From UHGV virus genome UHGV-0146994: DNA of 37,677 nucleotides. One strand, given 5' to 3'. Within the stretch, counting starts at the first letter, position 1. The number at the start of each line of letters is the position of its first letter. Made by a program: the position numbers and the translations under genes. The stretch is from a virus. The notes beneath the pieces were generated by a model that had not been told where the DNA came from, searched no databases, and worked only from the letters and a program-made list of their open reading frames with translations. This document shows, piece after piece, positions 36,883 through 37,677 of the stretch.

Positions 36883-37146
36883 AAATTCCCTTTCTGAGTT
36901 AAATTTTCATTTAACTACCATCCCGGTTCATTCACCGGAATGGTAAAAATCGTTTTGTTGAGGTCAACAAAACCTCATTTAAATTATTTAGTTGCAGGTA
37001 TCAGGACACAATATATTGTGTTATACATTTTACATTGCATATATATTGTATATATGTATTGACTTCCTAATACTTTTGTATATAATAAAAGATACAAAAC
37101 GTTACTTTATTGTAAAAACGCATCTGGCAGAAAGAGGAGGACTATT

Positions 37147-37311
37147 ATGTCAAAGCAACCTATCAAACCTGGAACTGACAACAAACCCGCTGGCACCTAT
37201 CATGAGGTAGGCCCAAGAGGGGGACAAATTCCCGATGGACGTACCGTCCACATTGATCGGGGTGATCGTTTACCCCCTACTCAAAAGCCTGGACGTGGTT
37301 GGTCTAAATGA
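37147..37311 (+). CDS. YjzC-family small protein
   Basis: Manual translation MSKQPIKPGTDNKPAGTYHEVGPRGGQ...GDRLPPTQKPGRGWSK; AGGAGG RBS. Confidence 0.8.
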   Translation: MSKQPIKPGTDNKPAGTYHEVGPRGGQIPDGRTVHIDRGDRLPPTQKPGRGWSK

Positions 37312-37342
37312 TGTATGGAAGCCGCTGTAACCGCAGCGGCTT

Positions 37343-37459
37343 TTATATTGCAATTCTCCGCTTCCAGAAGCAAAAACTAAACCCAAAGACTGTAATTTGA
37401 AACCATGCTTCTGCATACCGTCTGCCTTCTTCTTCATATTTCGTGACATAATGATGCAT
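37343..37459 (-). CDS. 38-aa hypothetical protein
   Basis: MHHYVTKYEEEGRRYAEAWFQI...; GAGGAGG RBS. Confidence 0.55.
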   Translation of the reverse strand: MHHYVTKYEEEGRRYAEAWFQITVFGFSFCFWKRRIAI

Positions 37460-37676
37460 TCTCTTTTGACACCTCCTCTCTCTGGTACAGTTCGTGTATA
37501 TCCACATCCAATGCTTCCGCAATGGCCGGCATATACTCCACACGTAAAAGTTTTCTACGTTCATTGAGCATGTTGGAAAATTCCTGTGGGGAAAAACCAG
37601 CCCGTTCCGCGACCACTACCTGTTTCATTCCTTTGGCTGCAAGGATGCGTTTTATGTTGTTGATAATATCTTCATA
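37434..37676 (-). CDS. XRE-family HTH protein, 5' end beyond window
   Basis: NIKRILAAKGMKQVVVAERAGFSPQEFSNMLN...IAEALDV. Confidence 0.85.
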   Translation of the reverse strand, partial: YEDIINNIKRILAAKGMKQVVVAERAGFSPQEFSNMLNERRKLLRVEYMPAIAEALDVDIHELYQREEVSKENASLCHEI

Positions 37677-37677
37677 G

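Noticed and set aside
1..37677. tRNA or rRNA genes
   Set aside because: No cloverleaf or rRNA-like sequence recognised by eye; a tRNAscan run would be needed to exclude them fully

Overview
Most or all of a temperate, HK97-head siphovirus genome, probably from a Lachnospiraceae/Clostridia-type host (inferred from gene content). It appears circularly permuted. The large serine integrase (10478-11854) is followed by an intact attP-like 48-bp palindrome, so this is either the excised form or a junction between tandem prophages. Left part: Ltp-type lipoprotein, CI repressor and switch, then leftward early genes (Tad2-like protein, HUH rolling-circle Rep, degenerate RNase H, HNH-like, ParA, ParB, PAPS-reductase-like). 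Right part, on the minus strand: XerD-like recombinase, ArpU-like activator, packaging, head, tail and lysis genes. The most striking unexplained structure is a 14-bp quasi-palindromic site, TAAA-N6-TTTA, found in two settings. (1) It is the in-frame crossover site (LNHDL) of a four-cassette tail-fibre shufflon split into two segments that bracket the lysis module. (2) It marks gene boundaries in an integron-like array of small accessory genes and non-coding mini-cassettes, some duplicated, next to the XerD-like recombinase, which has a candidate SOS box upstream. All family calls are by eye from motifs and gene order; no database searches were run.
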